Shown here in pieces: positions 53,091-64,000 of a DNA stretch of 64,000 nt (positions are counted from its first letter, which is position 1; the number at the start of each line of letters is the position of its first letter). The position numbers were made by a program, and so were the translations under genes. Location of the stretch: the sequence record CP121101.1. One strand, given 5' to 3'. This DNA comes from a plasmid. The notes under the pieces are model-generated. The model saw only the letters and a program-made list of their open reading frames with translations, did not search any database and had not been told where the DNA came from.

Positions 53091-53648
53091 TCAAGCGTTG
53101 AAGTGGTTCAGAAGCTGAAGGCGATCCATTAATCTCTGGGCATTTTTATCCTTGCTCCGAGAGGAATCATCCCGTGTTCGGTCGTTCTTATCAAAAAGCG
53201 CTCTCAAGCTAGCTATGCCTCTCAGGGAGGCTTCATATCGAGACCGGCTCATGATTTCCCTTACTTCTCGAATAACAACCTTACACTCGTGCTCATCCAG
53301 CCAGCCTATGCCCCGGCGAGTATATGGCAGGCTCAGAAGGTGCTGCATCCATGCATAGGCTTCGTGCTTATTCATTCTGCCGGAATCGATCAGGGTGTTG
53401 ATGCTGGTATGTGCCTCGCGCCTCGCCAATCGGGTTTCCCTGTTGGCAACAGAACCGATCGCGATGTCAGTTCCTTCTCGGCAGCTAACGTAGCTATCGC
53501 AGGCATCACGGTTGCAACGGTAGATCATCGCTTTAGCCGGCGCGGCAGGATACACCACCTGTTTTCTGACGAGCTCCAGAGGAGCGCCACAATAGCGGCA
53601 GTCCTTTGGATGAAAATGACTATTTGCTGTGTTGCGAGCCATATGCAC
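53091..53648 (-). CDS. hypothetical zinc-ribbon protein (CxxC...CxxxxCxxxxxC)
   Basis: 185-aa ORF; CRYCGAPL...CNRDACDSYVSC. Confidence 0.4.
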   Translation of the reverse strand: MHMARNTANSHFHPKDCRYCGAPLELVRKQVVYPAAPAKAMIYRCNRDACDSYVSCREGTDIAIGSVANRETRLARREAHTSINTLIDSGRMNKHEAYAWMQHLLSLPYTRRGIGWLDEHECKVVIREVREIMSRSRYEASLRGIASLRALFDKNDRTRDDSSRSKDKNAQRLMDRLQLLNHFNA

Positions 53649-54417
53649 AATCCTGATGAGAGGGTTGTAGCCATTGTCTCGTGGTACTCAGGAATGCAAG
53701 TTTGAGTTGCAGCCATGCCGGCTGTGAAAACCCTGCTAGGCCCGGGTAAGGGGTTCTACACCCGGGTGTGTAGTTGGGAGTGCAAAACGATCTCGGGTTT
53801 AGCCCAAAAATAACCTTGCTGCAGATTGAAGCCGAGCATTTGAGATGAGACAGCTTGGTTGTAGGTTTCGATGCGTTCAGCGATGATGGGGATCCCCCCT
53901 TCCTCATACAAGTATCAATCCCTTCCAGCATGCAGGAGGTGTAGCCGTTCGTCTGGCCACACTCAAACTTCACTATGTCCCATTCAAAATCATGCAGCCG
54001 TGTAAGCGTGGAGTATTTCGTGCCGAAATCATCCATGACAAGTTCGACACCCATCGATCTTAGGCTATCCCATCGTTTTTGGAGCGTAGAGGGGGTGACC
54101 TGCTCGGTGACTTCAACCAAGATGTTGTGCTTGCGGGCCAGCTTGAGGATCAGAGTGCGCCATTGATGGAATCGGCGCTCAACTGCCAAGGTATGCTCAC
54201 TCACATTGACCAGTAGGTTCAATTCCCCCTTAAGGAGCTGGTCCGCGAGATCGAGAACGGCCTTATCAATGTCGAACCAGGAGTGGTAATCGGAGGTTGG
54301 AGGGGAGAACCTTGATAGGCCACTATTTCTCGCAAGCAACTCATAGGCATGAATCACCTGTTTCTCTGTGTCGAACACTGGCTGCCTAGCAATGAGCATT
54401 AACTTTGGTCCCCTCAA
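53620..54417 (-). pseudogene. EAL-domain (c-di-GMP phosphodiesterase) protein, C-terminal part degenerate or frameshifted
   Basis: EAL signatures QPVFD, ELLAR and VMDDFGTKYSTL are present in the first about 170 aa. The tail lacks EAL motifs. Confidence 0.5.
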
Positions 54418-54841
54418 AAATTACCGCGAGAGAGTCTACCCCTCTGACGCCGAGTAAATCCTATGGTGAAATCGTGAGCTATTTCTGATGTGAGTTATCC
54501 ACAGAATTGCTGGATAAGTAGCCTGTGAACGTGTGGACAGTTCGCTGCAGCCATTGCTAGGACTGTGTTATTGGCAGCCCTTGGCTGCAGCGCATTTGAT
54601 TTGGGCTATCTAGCACCAGGGAAGCCGATCAGAGGCCAGGTCATGACATCAGCAAGCAGATCTTCGTATTCAGACAGTGCCGCCCGGCCGAGAGCTATCT
54701 GCAGCTTGATTAGGTTGGTAGCCAAAGCCGTGAAACCGACCGCCTCGGTACAACTGCTTTCGCCATTACGCGCCGCGGATAAAATGTCAAAGGAGTGATT
54801 AAACTCGGGCTGCCGGGCAGCGGCATGGATGGCATCGTAGA

Positions 54842-55405
54842 TCAAAGCAAGCCGCGATATGGACTCAAAGGCCAGTTCCGGGAATGTATCCGGAGCTGAG
54901 CCCCCATCGTGTGGCCAAAAAATGGTGCAATGACGGATCCTGCCTGGCAGGACAAGTCACTCGAGATTTTCTCGATGCTTTCCAGCATTGAATTCAGAAA
55001 TTCCTGAGAATACCCGGCCCCCTGATCACCCAATTGCAGCAACACGTCGTTCTTAATTTGCTCCTCAATGGACATCAGGATCAGTTGATACGAGGCATGC
55101 ACTGCTCGTACACAAGCCGTCAATGGCTGGTGAGGAATGAGCTCCTTATGCCAGGTGGCCAGGGGATGGGACTTCAGTTCCGCATTGTCTGCGTCGGAGT
55201 AGGAGTAAGTTACGAGCGAACGGCCATCGAGGTATATGATGTTGTGCACCATGACTATAAAGCCGTTCTTCGTGAGCCACAGTGAACCGGCTCTGACCCT
55301 CGAGTCACCCTGGTCTGCGGTGTTGGGTCGTGTGTCTATTGCGGTCATTTTATTCCTCTCAACATTAGTGAATTGTAAGGCTGCGATGGTGCAGTTCGCG
55401 GGCAT
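54842..55405 (-). CDS. hypothetical protein (187 aa)
   Basis: ORF only. Confidence 0.3.
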   Translation of the reverse strand: MPANCTIAALQFTNVERNKMTAIDTRPNTADQGDSRVRAGSLWLTKNGFIVMVHNIIYLDGRSLVTYSYSDADNAELKSHPLATWHKELIPHQPLTACVRAVHASYQLILMSIEEQIKNDVLLQLGDQGAGYSQEFLNSMLESIEKISSDLSCQAGSVIAPFFGHTMGAQLRIHSRNWPLSPYRGLL

Positions 55406-55670
55406 CGATCAAGTATCGGTACCGGTATAGCTCGCTGGCTTGTTGGTTCAACGGCACCAATACCCACTCCACGTCGGAATGACAGATGATGGAGAAGCAG
55501 TGATCGTTGATGATGAAAATATCACCGGGGAAGTGCCGGCATTTAGATAGGAAATCATCACGCTGAGCCAACGTCAGTGGCTTGCACTCTGCGTAGTTGA
55601 GGATTTTTTCCCGTTCGCAAACCTGCACCGGCAGGTCTATGGTGGTGGCGATTGCTTTACTGAAGTCCAT
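55365..55670 (-). CDS. hypothetical protein (101 aa)
   Basis: ORF only. Confidence 0.3.
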   Translation of the reverse strand: MDFSKAIATTIDLPVQVCEREKILNYAECKPLTLAQRDDFLSKCRHFPGDIFIINDHCFSIICHSDVEWVLVPLNQQASELYRYRYLIDARELHHRSLTIH

Positions 55671-55907
55671 AGGGTCCCCCCATTTTTATTGATAAGTTGG
55701 TGACAGGATAAATTGCTTTTTTGCAATGCAAGGGGGGCCCATCCTGGGCGGCAAGTACCTGAACAGCTTCAAAACGAGAGGGCGAGTGCACCGGAACTAT
55801 GTGGCCGGTGCCTGGGAGTTTGTGATTGATTGGAGGGAAGGGGGGGTAATCAAATTCATCCTGCCGGTGGTTCTAGATCTAGGCAGGCAGGGGATGCAAT
55901 CCTCGGG

Positions 55908-56183
55908 CTATAGGGACTTCAGTAACAGTGCGCGGAGAAAGTCCTGCTGTGAAATTGAGCAAGCTTTGAACCCGCGAAACACACCATTATCGACCAGGAT
56001 TTCGTCATACCGGCCAATGGTATCTCGATAAACAAGACGTCGCTTTCCAATACCGCCGACCAACTCATCAACCGTGCGCACAACCTGTTCGGCTGAATTC
56101 GTGATTGTGGCGCAGAGGTCTAGATCCAGAAGGAGCAGCATGGTCTCGTCCTGGTACACGATTTCAAAAACGGGTGTTGGCAA
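55908..56183 (-). CDS. hypothetical protein (91 aa)
   Basis: ORF only. Confidence 0.3.
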   Translation of the reverse strand: MPTPVFEIVYQDETMLLLLDLDLCATITNSAEQVVRTVDELVGGIGKRRLVYRDTIGRYDEILVDNGVFRGFKACSISQQDFLRALLLKSL

Positions 56184-56559
56184 TTGTCTGCTCCCTATAC
56201 CTCTGTTGAGCCAACCCAGGTATCACCAAGGTAAGCATCCGCACCCCGGAGGCGCTCCAGAGGGATATCTAGGGAAGGTGCGAATAAGTGGTTAGCACCT
56301 TCGTCTTTGATAGTTAGGTCGATTTTTGACTCGTCCCATTTCTAACATTGCCCTATTTTCTTCAAAAATCAGGATTTATAACCATTTTCACCTCTTATCT
56401 GTGGGTATTCCTCGATTTTAGGTAGATCTTTTCTGTGCTCTTATCAATTGGTCTACTCGAAACAGGTTCGCTAGCGTAAACAACATCGCCAGTTGAATGT
56501 CGTTCTTCATCAGCCCCTTGTACCGCGCTTTGACGAAGCTGAGTCGCCCCCAGTTCCCT

Positions 56560-57615
56560 AGACACCTTACAGCCTTAAAATGAGGCAATTATTGGGGGTG
56601 TTATGACCAGTCAGCGTTGTCCAGAAACATTCAAAATCGAAGCTGTGAAACAAGTCACCGAGCGCGAGCGGCCTGTGGCTTATGTTGCACGAGCCCTCGG
56701 GGTATCCAGCCACTGCCTGTATGTTTGGCTCAAGCAGTACGGTAAGCCTGCTGACCAACAGCATGGAGAGTCTGCCTTGCAGGCGGAGATACGCCGCCTA
56801 AAAAACCGAACTTCGCCAAGTCATAGAGAAGCGCAATATTCTAAAGGGAGCAGCGTACTTTGCCAGCGAGTCAAGGAAAGGTACGCGTTCATAACCTCCT
56901 GACTCGACCAGTACAATGTCGTTACCCTGTGCCAGACCCTGGGGATTCACCGAAGTGGCTTCTACGCGTGGCTGAAACAACCCGCATCGTTACGCCAGCA
57001 GGAGGACGAACGGCTGACAGGATTGGTCAAACAATCCTGGCTGGAAAATGGTGCTGTCTATGGTTACCGCAAGATCTATCGCGATCTCCGTGACATGGAG
57101 GAAGCCTGTGGGAAGCACCGTGTGGCCAAATTAATGAAGCGGGAGGGTTACGTTCGCAAACTGGTTATCAGCGTTGTAAGGAGCATTATGGTGGCAAGAG
57201 CCCGCTGGCGGCCCCGAACACGCTGGCACGTCAGTTTAAGGTTCCAGACCCTAACATCTCCTGGGTAACTGACATTACCTACATCCGCACTCAAGAAAGG
57301 TGGCTGTAGTGCTCTCGCCAGATCGTCTGGCTGGACGATGAAGCCACGCAGCCGGCGGACCTAGCGGTTGGCGCGCTCTTGATGGCTATCTGGCGCCGCA
57401 AGCCAAAGCAGCCGGTACTGGTGCATTCGGATCAGGGCAGCCAGTTTACTCGCTCACTGATCTTGCTGTCGCTGCCGTGGATATTACCGAGGAAATCAAT
57501 GCGCCAGATGATACCGGTGTCCGAGTCTTTGATATTGCCAAGTGAATTCTCAAATAGCCCTGATTCTGGATCATTGGGTATCGTGTCTTGCTACATCATT
57601 GGTTTACCATAACAG
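56560..57615 (+). mobile_element. decayed IS3-family insertion sequence (orfA intact to about residue 60, orfB in at least three frames)
   Basis: OrfA HTH (ORF 56603..56902). OrfB remnants WLENGAVYGYRKIYRDL (57023..57268) and HSDQGSQFT (57379..57612). Confidence 0.6.
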
Positions 57616-57683
57616 CCAATCGAATCTGAATCCTACCCTCCCTACCGTGGGTGTGACATTGCAGTAGAACACCAAGGATCATC

Positions 57684-60371
57684 ATGGCCGTCAATCAGAC
57701 CAAAATCTCCGATGACTTGAAAGCGTTGGTCAACGCACCTGACAAATCCGAATTTATCTTTGGCTTTATGGCCGCCTATGGGCTGCCCAAGGCCACGATC
57801 ACGCATATCAAGCAAGGGGGAAATCGCAACCTGGCCAAAGAAGCGGGCCACGTTGGCATCAACTCAAAGTTCTACTTTCAGCCGGTGAATGAAGGGACCG
57901 ACATCGAGCTCCTTTTTGAACAGCGGATTGCAGCGTGTGCCAGCACCAAGCACAAATACCGCTTCGTCATCCTCACCGATTTTGTTCGCTTCCTCGCGTG
58001 GGACGTTCTGACTGAGGAGAGACTCGATACTGAGCTCGGCGAACTGTTCCGCGAATATGGTTTCTTCCTACCCTTAGCAGGCCTTGAGAAGGCGATTCTG
58101 GGTGCCGAGAACCCAGCCGATGTGAAAGCTGCCGAGAAGATGGGCAAGCTCTTCGATCTCATCAAGAGCCTCAACGAATTGAGTAGACCTGAGGATATTC
58201 ATGCCCTCAACGTATTTCTGACGAGGCTGTTATTTTGCCTGTTTGCCGAAGATACGGGGATTTTCGAAAAGGGTCAGTTTACCTCTGCCATCAAGGGCTA
58301 CACAGAAGACGATGGCAACAACCTCGATCAGTTCCTGAGTGACTTATTCGCTGTCATGAATAGCGAACCCAATAGTGACTTGCGCAAAAATCTGCCGTCT
58401 CATCTGGCAGCCTTCCCCTATGTAAACGGTGGGCTGTTCGCGGTGGATGAACCCATCCCGTCGCTTGGCAAGCAGGGCCGCAAGATCCTGCTGGAATGCT
58501 GCATGATGAACTGGGGGGAGATCAACCCGGATATCTTCGGTTCAATGTTCCAGGCGGTGATTGATGTCGAGCAGCGCGGGAATTTGGGCCAGCACTACAC
58601 CTCGTATAGCAACATCATGAAGGTGATCCAGCCACTGTTTCTGGATTCACTGCGGGCCGAGTTGGAAAAGAATCGAAAAAGTACCAATGGCCTCAAGAAA
58701 CTGCTGGTGCGGTTGGGTAACATCAAAGTTTTCGATCCCGCCTGTGGTTCGGGTAACTTTCTGATCGTCGCTTATAAAGAGTTGCACACACTTGAGCGGA
58801 TGATCATTCAAGCCCTACAACAGCTTGAACCACAGCAGGGCTTCTCCATGAGCAGCCTGCACCTTGATCAGTTCTATGGTATTGAGATAGACGACTTCGC
58901 CTGTGAAATCGCCCGCCTTGCACTCTGGCTGGCCGAACATCAGCTTAACAAGCAGTGGGAGCAAACCTTTGGTTATGCACGCCCAGCGCTACCGCTGAGA
59001 TCATCCGGCAATATCGTGAGCGGTAACAGCCTAGTGCTGGATTGGCATAACGTTTGTCCCAAAGGCATTGAGGATGAAGTCTATGTGATCGGCAATCCAC
59101 CTTTCTTGGGAACATTGGGACGCAGCGATGAACAGCGATCCAATATGCAGGCAGTATTTGGTGATGTCGTTTTGGGTACTATGGATTTTGTCGCCTGTTG
59201 GTTCTGGAAGGGAGCTAAGTACATCCAGAACTCCTTCGCTGAGCTGGCATTGGTCTCAACGAACTCTATCTGCCAAGGTGAGCAGGTGGCTGCACTCTGG
59301 CCTCCAATTTTTAACTTGGGGCTGAATATTCACTTCGCTTATCCGACCTTCCCGTGGGCTAACAATGCACGTGACAAGGCAGCAGTCCATGTCGTTATTG
59401 TAGGTCTTTCCGCAAGGGACAAATCGAGACGGTTATTTCAATTTGTTAATGGTGAATGGCATAGCTACAACGTCAGCAATATCAGTCCCTACCTGGTGAA
59501 AGGCAGCAATATCGCTATAGCACCACGAAACAAGCCACTTACAGAGGGCATTCCACCACTAAGTAACGGTAGTAAACCTACGGATAACGGTCATCTGTTT
59601 CTAAATAGGGAAGAATATGATGAACTGCTAAAGATTGAACCTCAGGCTAAACGCTGGATCAAAAAATTCTTGGGTGCAGACGAGTTTTTGAACGCTAAAG
59701 AGCGCTGGTGCTTGTGGCTAGCTGGCGCTACCGAAGAAGACTTACGGGGTATGCCTATAGTTCAAAAGCGGGTGGAAGCGGTACGAGTCTTTCGTCTTGC
59801 AAGTACAAAAGAAAATACGGTTAAACGAGCAGAGATTCCCCATCTATTCGATCAGGACAGGCAACCAACCTCAGGAAGTTATATTCTGATGCCTCGCGTT
59901 TCATCATCAGAGCGTCGTACCTATGTTCCATTAGGGTTTTACAGCGTTGATGTCATTTCATCTGATCGCAACTTCATCCTTCCCAATGGTTCGCTCTATG
60001 AGTTTGGAGTTCTTTCATCTCTGATTCATAACGATTGGATGCGACTGGTAGCCATGCGTCTTAAAAGCGATTACAGCTACGGAAATAAGGTTGTATATAA
60101 CACATTCCCTTGGCCAACAGCGTCTATTGCTCAACAGACAGAAATAGAACGGATAGCGGAAGAATTGCTTCTTACACGGGAAGATTACCCTGGCAAGACT
60201 TTGGCCGAACTCTATGACCCCGACAAAATGCCTGCTGGGCTGCTTGAAGCACACCGGGCACTGGATAGCGCTGTCGATAAGCTATATCGGGATCGCCCCT
60301 TTAAGGATGCTGCGGAGCGGGTAAGCCATCTGCTCGGGCTCTATGAAAAGCTAACCGCTGCTACCCTCTAG
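57684..60371 (+). CDS. MmeI-like Type IIL/IIG restriction-modification enzyme (N-terminal nuclease-like domain + gamma-class N6-adenine methyltransferase + target-recognition domain (TRD)), 895 aa, intact
   Basis: Motif I DPACGSGNFL and motif IV VIGNPPF. N-terminal YRFVILTDFVRFLAWD resembles the MmeI-family D/E/K region. AAGGA RBS. Confidence 0.65.
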   Translation: MAVNQTKISDDLKALVNAPDKSEFIFGFMAAYGLPKATITHIKQGGNRNLAKEAGHVGINSKFYFQPVNEGTDIELLFEQRIAACASTKHKYRFVILTDFVRFLAWDVLTEERLDTELGELFREYGFFLPLAGLEKAILGAENPADVKAAEKMGKLFDLIKSLNELSRPEDIHALNVFLTRLLFCLFAEDTGIFEKGQFTSAIKGYTEDDGNNLDQFLSDLFAVMNSEPNSDLRKNLPSHLAAFPYVNGGLFAVDEPIPSLGKQGRKILLECCMMNWGEINPDIFGSMFQAVIDVEQRGNLGQHYTSYSNIMKVIQPLFLDSLRAELEKNRKSTNGLKKLLVRLGNIKVFDPACGSGNFLIVAYKELHTLERMIIQALQQLEPQQGFSMSSLHLDQFYGIEIDDFACEIARLALWLAEHQLNKQWEQTFGYARPALPLRSSGNIVSGNSLVLDWHNVCPKGIEDEVYVIGNPPFLGTLGRSDEQRSNMQAVFGDVVLGTMDFVACWFWKGAKYIQNSFAELALVSTNSICQGEQVAALWPPIFNLGLNIHFAYPTFPWANNARDKAAVHVVIVGLSARDKSRRLFQFVNGEWHSYNVSNISPYLVKGSNIAIAPRNKPLTEGIPPLSNGSKPTDNGHLFLNREEYDELLKIEPQAKRWIKKFLGADEFLNAKERWCLWLAGATEEDLRGMPIVQKRVEAVRVFRLASTKENTVKRAEIPHLFDQDRQPTSGSYILMPRVSSSERRTYVPLGFYSVDVISSDRNFILPNGSLYEFGVLSSLIHNDWMRLVAMRLKSDYSYGNKVVYNTFPWPTASIAQQTEIERIAEELLLTREDYPGKTLAELYDPDKMPAGLLEAHRALDSAVDKLYRDRPFKDAAERVSHLLGLYEKLTAATL

Positions 60372-60377
60372 CCAATT

Positions 60378-62430
60378 TTGACAAGGATTCAAGCATGGAA
60401 ATTCATCTTGCAAGTGACCTATGCCCAGAACGGGCAGAGCTCGGCGCTTAACGGCATGGGAATGCGGGAGATGCAGGCCCGCGCCTTCGCTCAACGCAAC
60501 AGCCCCTATCTGCTTATCAAAGCGCCACCCGCCTGCGGTAAATCCCGTGCACTGATGTTTTTGGGGCTGGACAAGCTGCTCAATCAAGGTCTGCGCAAAG
60601 TCATCGTCGCGGTGCCTGAGATGTCTATCGGCGCATCGTTTAAAGACACTGCGTTGACCGAATACGGATTCTTTGCGAACTGGCAGGTTAAACCTGAAAA
60701 CAATCTCTGCATTCATGGCGGTGAAAAGAGCAAGGTGGCCGCATTTAAGCGTTTTATGGAGAGTGATGACCAGATCCTTGTCTGCACCCACGCCACTCTG
60801 CGTTTCGCTTTTGACGAGGTAGATATCGCCTCGTTTAACGATTGCCTGATTGCCATCGACGAGTTTCACCATGTTTCCGCCAGTGAAGATAGCCGCCTCG
60901 GAGCGCGCTACTCGACGGCTTAATCCAGCAGTCCAATGCACATATCGTTGCCATGACGGGATCTTATTTCCGTGGCGATACTGTGCCTATCCTGACACCA
61001 GAGGATGAAGCCAAGTTTACCAAGGTCACCTACACCTATTACGAACAACTGAATGGCTATGAGCACCTGAAATCCCTCGGCATTGGTTACCATTTTTATC
61101 AGGGTAAATACATCGGTGCTCTGCCTTCGGTGTTAAACGCTTTCCTGAAAACCATTATTTACATCCCGAACGTGAATTCTAGTGAGTCCACCAAGGACAA
61201 ATATACCGAGGTCGATGCGATCTTGGATGTGCTGGGCGAGGTGCAGTCGAAAGATCCCGACACTGGCATCTACTTGGTGAAACGACATGAAGATGGCAAG
61301 CTGCTCAAAGTAGCCAATCTGGTGGATGACGATAATGAACGCCCCAAGGTGCAGGCTTATTTGCGCACCATTCAATCGGCTGATGATATGGACATCATCA
61401 TTGCTGGCTTGGCATGGCAAAAGAAGGCTTTGACTGGCCCTATTGCGAGCATGTGCTGACCATTGGCTATCGCAGTTCGCTGACCGAAGTCGTGCAGATC
61501 ATCGGTCGTGCGACCCGTGATTGTCCTGGTAAGACCCACGCTCAGTTCACGAACCTGATTGCCCAGCCCGATGCCCAGGATGACGATGTGAAGGTGTCGG
61601 TCAACAACATGCTCAAGGCGATCACGACATCCCTGCTGATGGAGCAGATCCTAGCCCCCAGTATTCAGTTTAAGCCTCGCTCGCAGTGGACTGGGGAGGC
61701 ATTGCCACCCAATACCGTGCTCGTTGGTGATGCGACCGTGCCGGTCTCGCAAACAGTGTTAGATATTCTCAATGGTGGCAAAGAGGAGATCCTGGCTGCA
61801 CTGATGGCCAAGGAGAAGGTGGTCAAAGAGGCAATTACTGAAACAGCTCCGCCCGAGGTATTTACTCAGTTAGAACTGCCCTCGGTCATTCAGGAGCTCT
61901 ACCCCGATCTATTGCCCCATGAGATAGAGCAAGTTCGTTCCGGCCTGCTACAAAGCATGTATATCAATCAACAGGGAGGGCTGATCAATGAGAGTGACTT
62001 GCCTCCCGATGCCGAGATTGTAGGAAGCCCGAACCCCACCTCTATCGGAGGGGCAAGCCCCGATGCCGCCAAGGATCAAGCAACCGCCAGTAAGCAGTTC
62101 TTAAAAATCGGCGAGAAGTTTATCAACATCGACAACCTGAGCATCGACCTGATCGAATCGGTTAACCCGTTCCACGGGGCCTATGAAATCCTCTCCAAAT
62201 CCGTGACGGCCACCATGCTCAAGACCATTCAGGAAGCGGTCAGCGCCAGCAAGTCACAACTCTCCGAGGAGGAGGCCGTCATGCTATGGCCGAGGATCAA
62301 GGAGTTTACTCAGCAAAACCAGCGTGCGCCTTCGTTGCATGCACCTGATCCCATCGAGGTACGACTGGCAGAAGCGCTGGCCTACATCAAACAGAAGAAA
62401 CAACAATCTGCGGCTAAACAGGAGGACTAA
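60378..62430 (+). pseudogene. SF2 (DEAH-type) helicase split into three ORFs by frameshifts near 60923-60953 and 61414-61459
   Basis: Motif I PPACGKS, motif II DEFHH, motif VI QIIGRATR. Confidence 0.6.
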
Positions 62431-62433
62431 GTA

Positions 62434-63716
62434 ATGATCCTGTTGCGATCGCATCAGCTCAAACCCAAAGCGTCTCTTGAAGATATCTTTGCCGAAGACG
62501 ATGTATTGGGTCTGCTCGATGTAGAGCCCCTAAAACCGAAAAGCGCGCCAGTTGACCTAGTGAGCAACCAGTTTGGGGATATCGTGGCGTTTTTTGAACA
62601 ACACGGTAGAGCCCCCCAAAACTCGACCTGTGCCGATATGCCCGAGAAGCGTCTTGCAAGGCGCTTGCAGGCGATACGCACGGATCCAAAGCAATGCAGT
62701 GCCCTTTCAGGTCAGGATATCCATGGTCTGCTGGCAGACATAGAAGTAGTGGGGATGGTTGCCGAGGAGCATGAGCAATATCCTGCCAGGGGAGTAGGTG
62801 TTGAGACTGTTAATGCACCCACCGTTGATACGTCGGAGCTGGTGACCTCGCTTGACGATATTTTTGCCGATGATGACCTCGGGTTATTGGATTTTGATAC
62901 CCCTGATATTTCAGCATGCAGCATGTGCCTAGAGAGAAAAAGGAGTTACCCGACGAGATAGCCCAGCGTCAGCCCTGTCCGGATTTTTCCCGCTTTGCAC
63001 CGCTGTTTGAGACCGTGAAAGCAGGTCTGCAAGGCCAAGAGTTCTCCCTCGCGCGCTATCGAAACGAACACGGTTTTCAGGTGGGTGATTTTTTCATATT
63101 GAATGGGGTTATGGGCTATGTGCATAGTGCCGGGGAGCGGCTAGAGCAGTACGAGCGATACAACGCACGACTTCACCTGGTTTTCGATAATGGAACAGAG
63201 CTGTACATGCTCTACCAGTCACTGACCCAGGGGCTTATTCGTGACAAGGAAGGTCGTAAGGTCATGCTAGGTGACAAACTCCTCTTGCCAAATGATGCAC
63301 CTATTCCAAGCGGTTTTGTATATGTACTCGCGACAAAGAGCACTGACCCGGTATTGATGCCCTTCAAGCAAAATCTCTACAAAATAGGTTTCACCGAAAG
63401 CTCTGTTGATGAGAGGATAAAGAATGCCGAGAAGGATAGAACTTTTCTGCAAGCACCAGTCCGTATTGTGACGACTTTCCAATGCTTCAACATGAACACG
63501 CACAAGTTGGAGACCTTGGTGCACGGCTTTCTCGCCAAGCAGCGCCTCGATATAACCTTAAAAGGGCAGGATGGCACCAGCTACACCCCGAGAGAGTGGT
63601 TTTACACTCCATTGGCAACAGTTCTTGAAGTTATTCAACACATTTTGGATGGGACTATTTCGCAGTACCGAATGGACAACACCACGGGGAAGATTGTTGC
63701 CAAAAAACTTCCATAG
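62434..63716 (+). pseudogene. protein with an N-terminal internal repeat (IFAEDDVLGLLD / IFADDDLGLLD) and a C-terminal T5orf172/GIY-YIG-like domain; two overlapping ORFs suggest a frameshift near 62930
   Basis: ORFs 62434..62961 and 62916..63716. GFVYVLAT...LYKIGFTESSVDERIKN pattern. Confidence 0.45.
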
Positions 63717-63761
63717 TTTTACGTTTTGACCCTTTGGAAAGTCGAGGAAGATACTCAGAAC

Positions 63762-63845
63762 ATGCTGAAATTCTTATCTACCCTAATCGCACTGGCCGCA
63801 CCGCTGGTGGTGTGGATAACGATGTCGCTGGTCATGATTGTTTGA
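63762..63845 (+). CDS. 27-aa hydrophobic peptide (MLKFLSTLIALAAPLVVWITMSLVMIV), speculative
   Basis: ORF not in the track (under 60 aa). GAGGAAG lies 12 nt upstream. Confidence 0.2.
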   Translation: MLKFLSTLIALAAPLVVWITMSLVMIV

Positions 63846-64000
63846 CTGATTTATCATCAAAAAAGGAGTGATTATGTTCAAAATTACTGGACTAGACACA
63901 CTGAAAAAAAAGAACTGGCTGAAACCCAACGTGCTTTAGCCGAATTGGATGGTGAACTGGGAACTGTCAGTTTCAACCCTCACAATCCGGCCAGTATCGA

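Overview
This window is a mosaic multidrug-resistance region with a plasmid-like backbone. GC content is about 50-55 %, with one ~68 % GC island. Coordinates are given in the feature list and are not repeated here.

(1) Backbone, left end. A mobile-element DnaN (beta-clamp) paralogue is followed by a 7-gene operon of small unknown proteins that ends in a ThiF/E1-like gene and reads like a PRTRC (ParB-Related, ThiF-Related Cassette)-style cassette. This operon converges on a parA-parB pair. An IS2-like element with intact 5-bp target duplications and a stbABC-like stability locus with upstream direct repeats follow.

(2) The 31-kb resistance composite. It is bounded on the left by a Tn5393 38-bp inverted repeat (IR) and on the right by a Tn1721-type IR, and it sits inside a degenerate GC-rich tandem-repeat array.
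- A Tn5393 remnant: strB frameshifted, strA internally deleted, tnpR, and a tnpA truncated by the Tn1721 left IR.
- A Tn1721/Tn1722-like left end with its MCP-like orfI.
- A Tn402-like class 1 integron (IRt-tniA-tniB-tniQ-tniR, aac(6')-Ib and a fosA-family cassette, attI1, intI1, IRi) that lacks a 3'-conserved segment (3'-CS).
- A serine-recombinase / Mu-type DDE transposase / AAA+ ATPase module, Tn552/Tn5053-like.
- A complex In37-like class 1 integron in inverted orientation: intI1 (frameshifted), aac(6')-Ib-cr, blaOXA-1, catB3, arr-3, qacEdelta1, sul1, ISCR1, a blaMOX/CMY-1-group ampC, and an mdtL-like MFS fragment. Its IRi lies inside tnpR of the Tn1721-like tnpR-tnpA pair.

(3) Backbone, right end. 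An iteron-type replicon (rep, 7 iterons of 22 bp, an AT-rich GATC cluster) is followed by an orphan PAAR-Tle1 (DUF2235) T6SS-type effector with an embedded lipoprotein. Several hypothetical genes, an EAL-domain remnant, a decayed IS3-family IS, and a candidate defence cluster (MmeI-like Type IIL restriction-modification enzyme, SF2 helicase, T5orf172-domain protein) complete the window.

About 20 conserved genes carry single frameshifts relative to their known full-length forms. This points to uncorrected sequencing error or widespread pseudogenisation, and coding coordinates should be read with that in mind.
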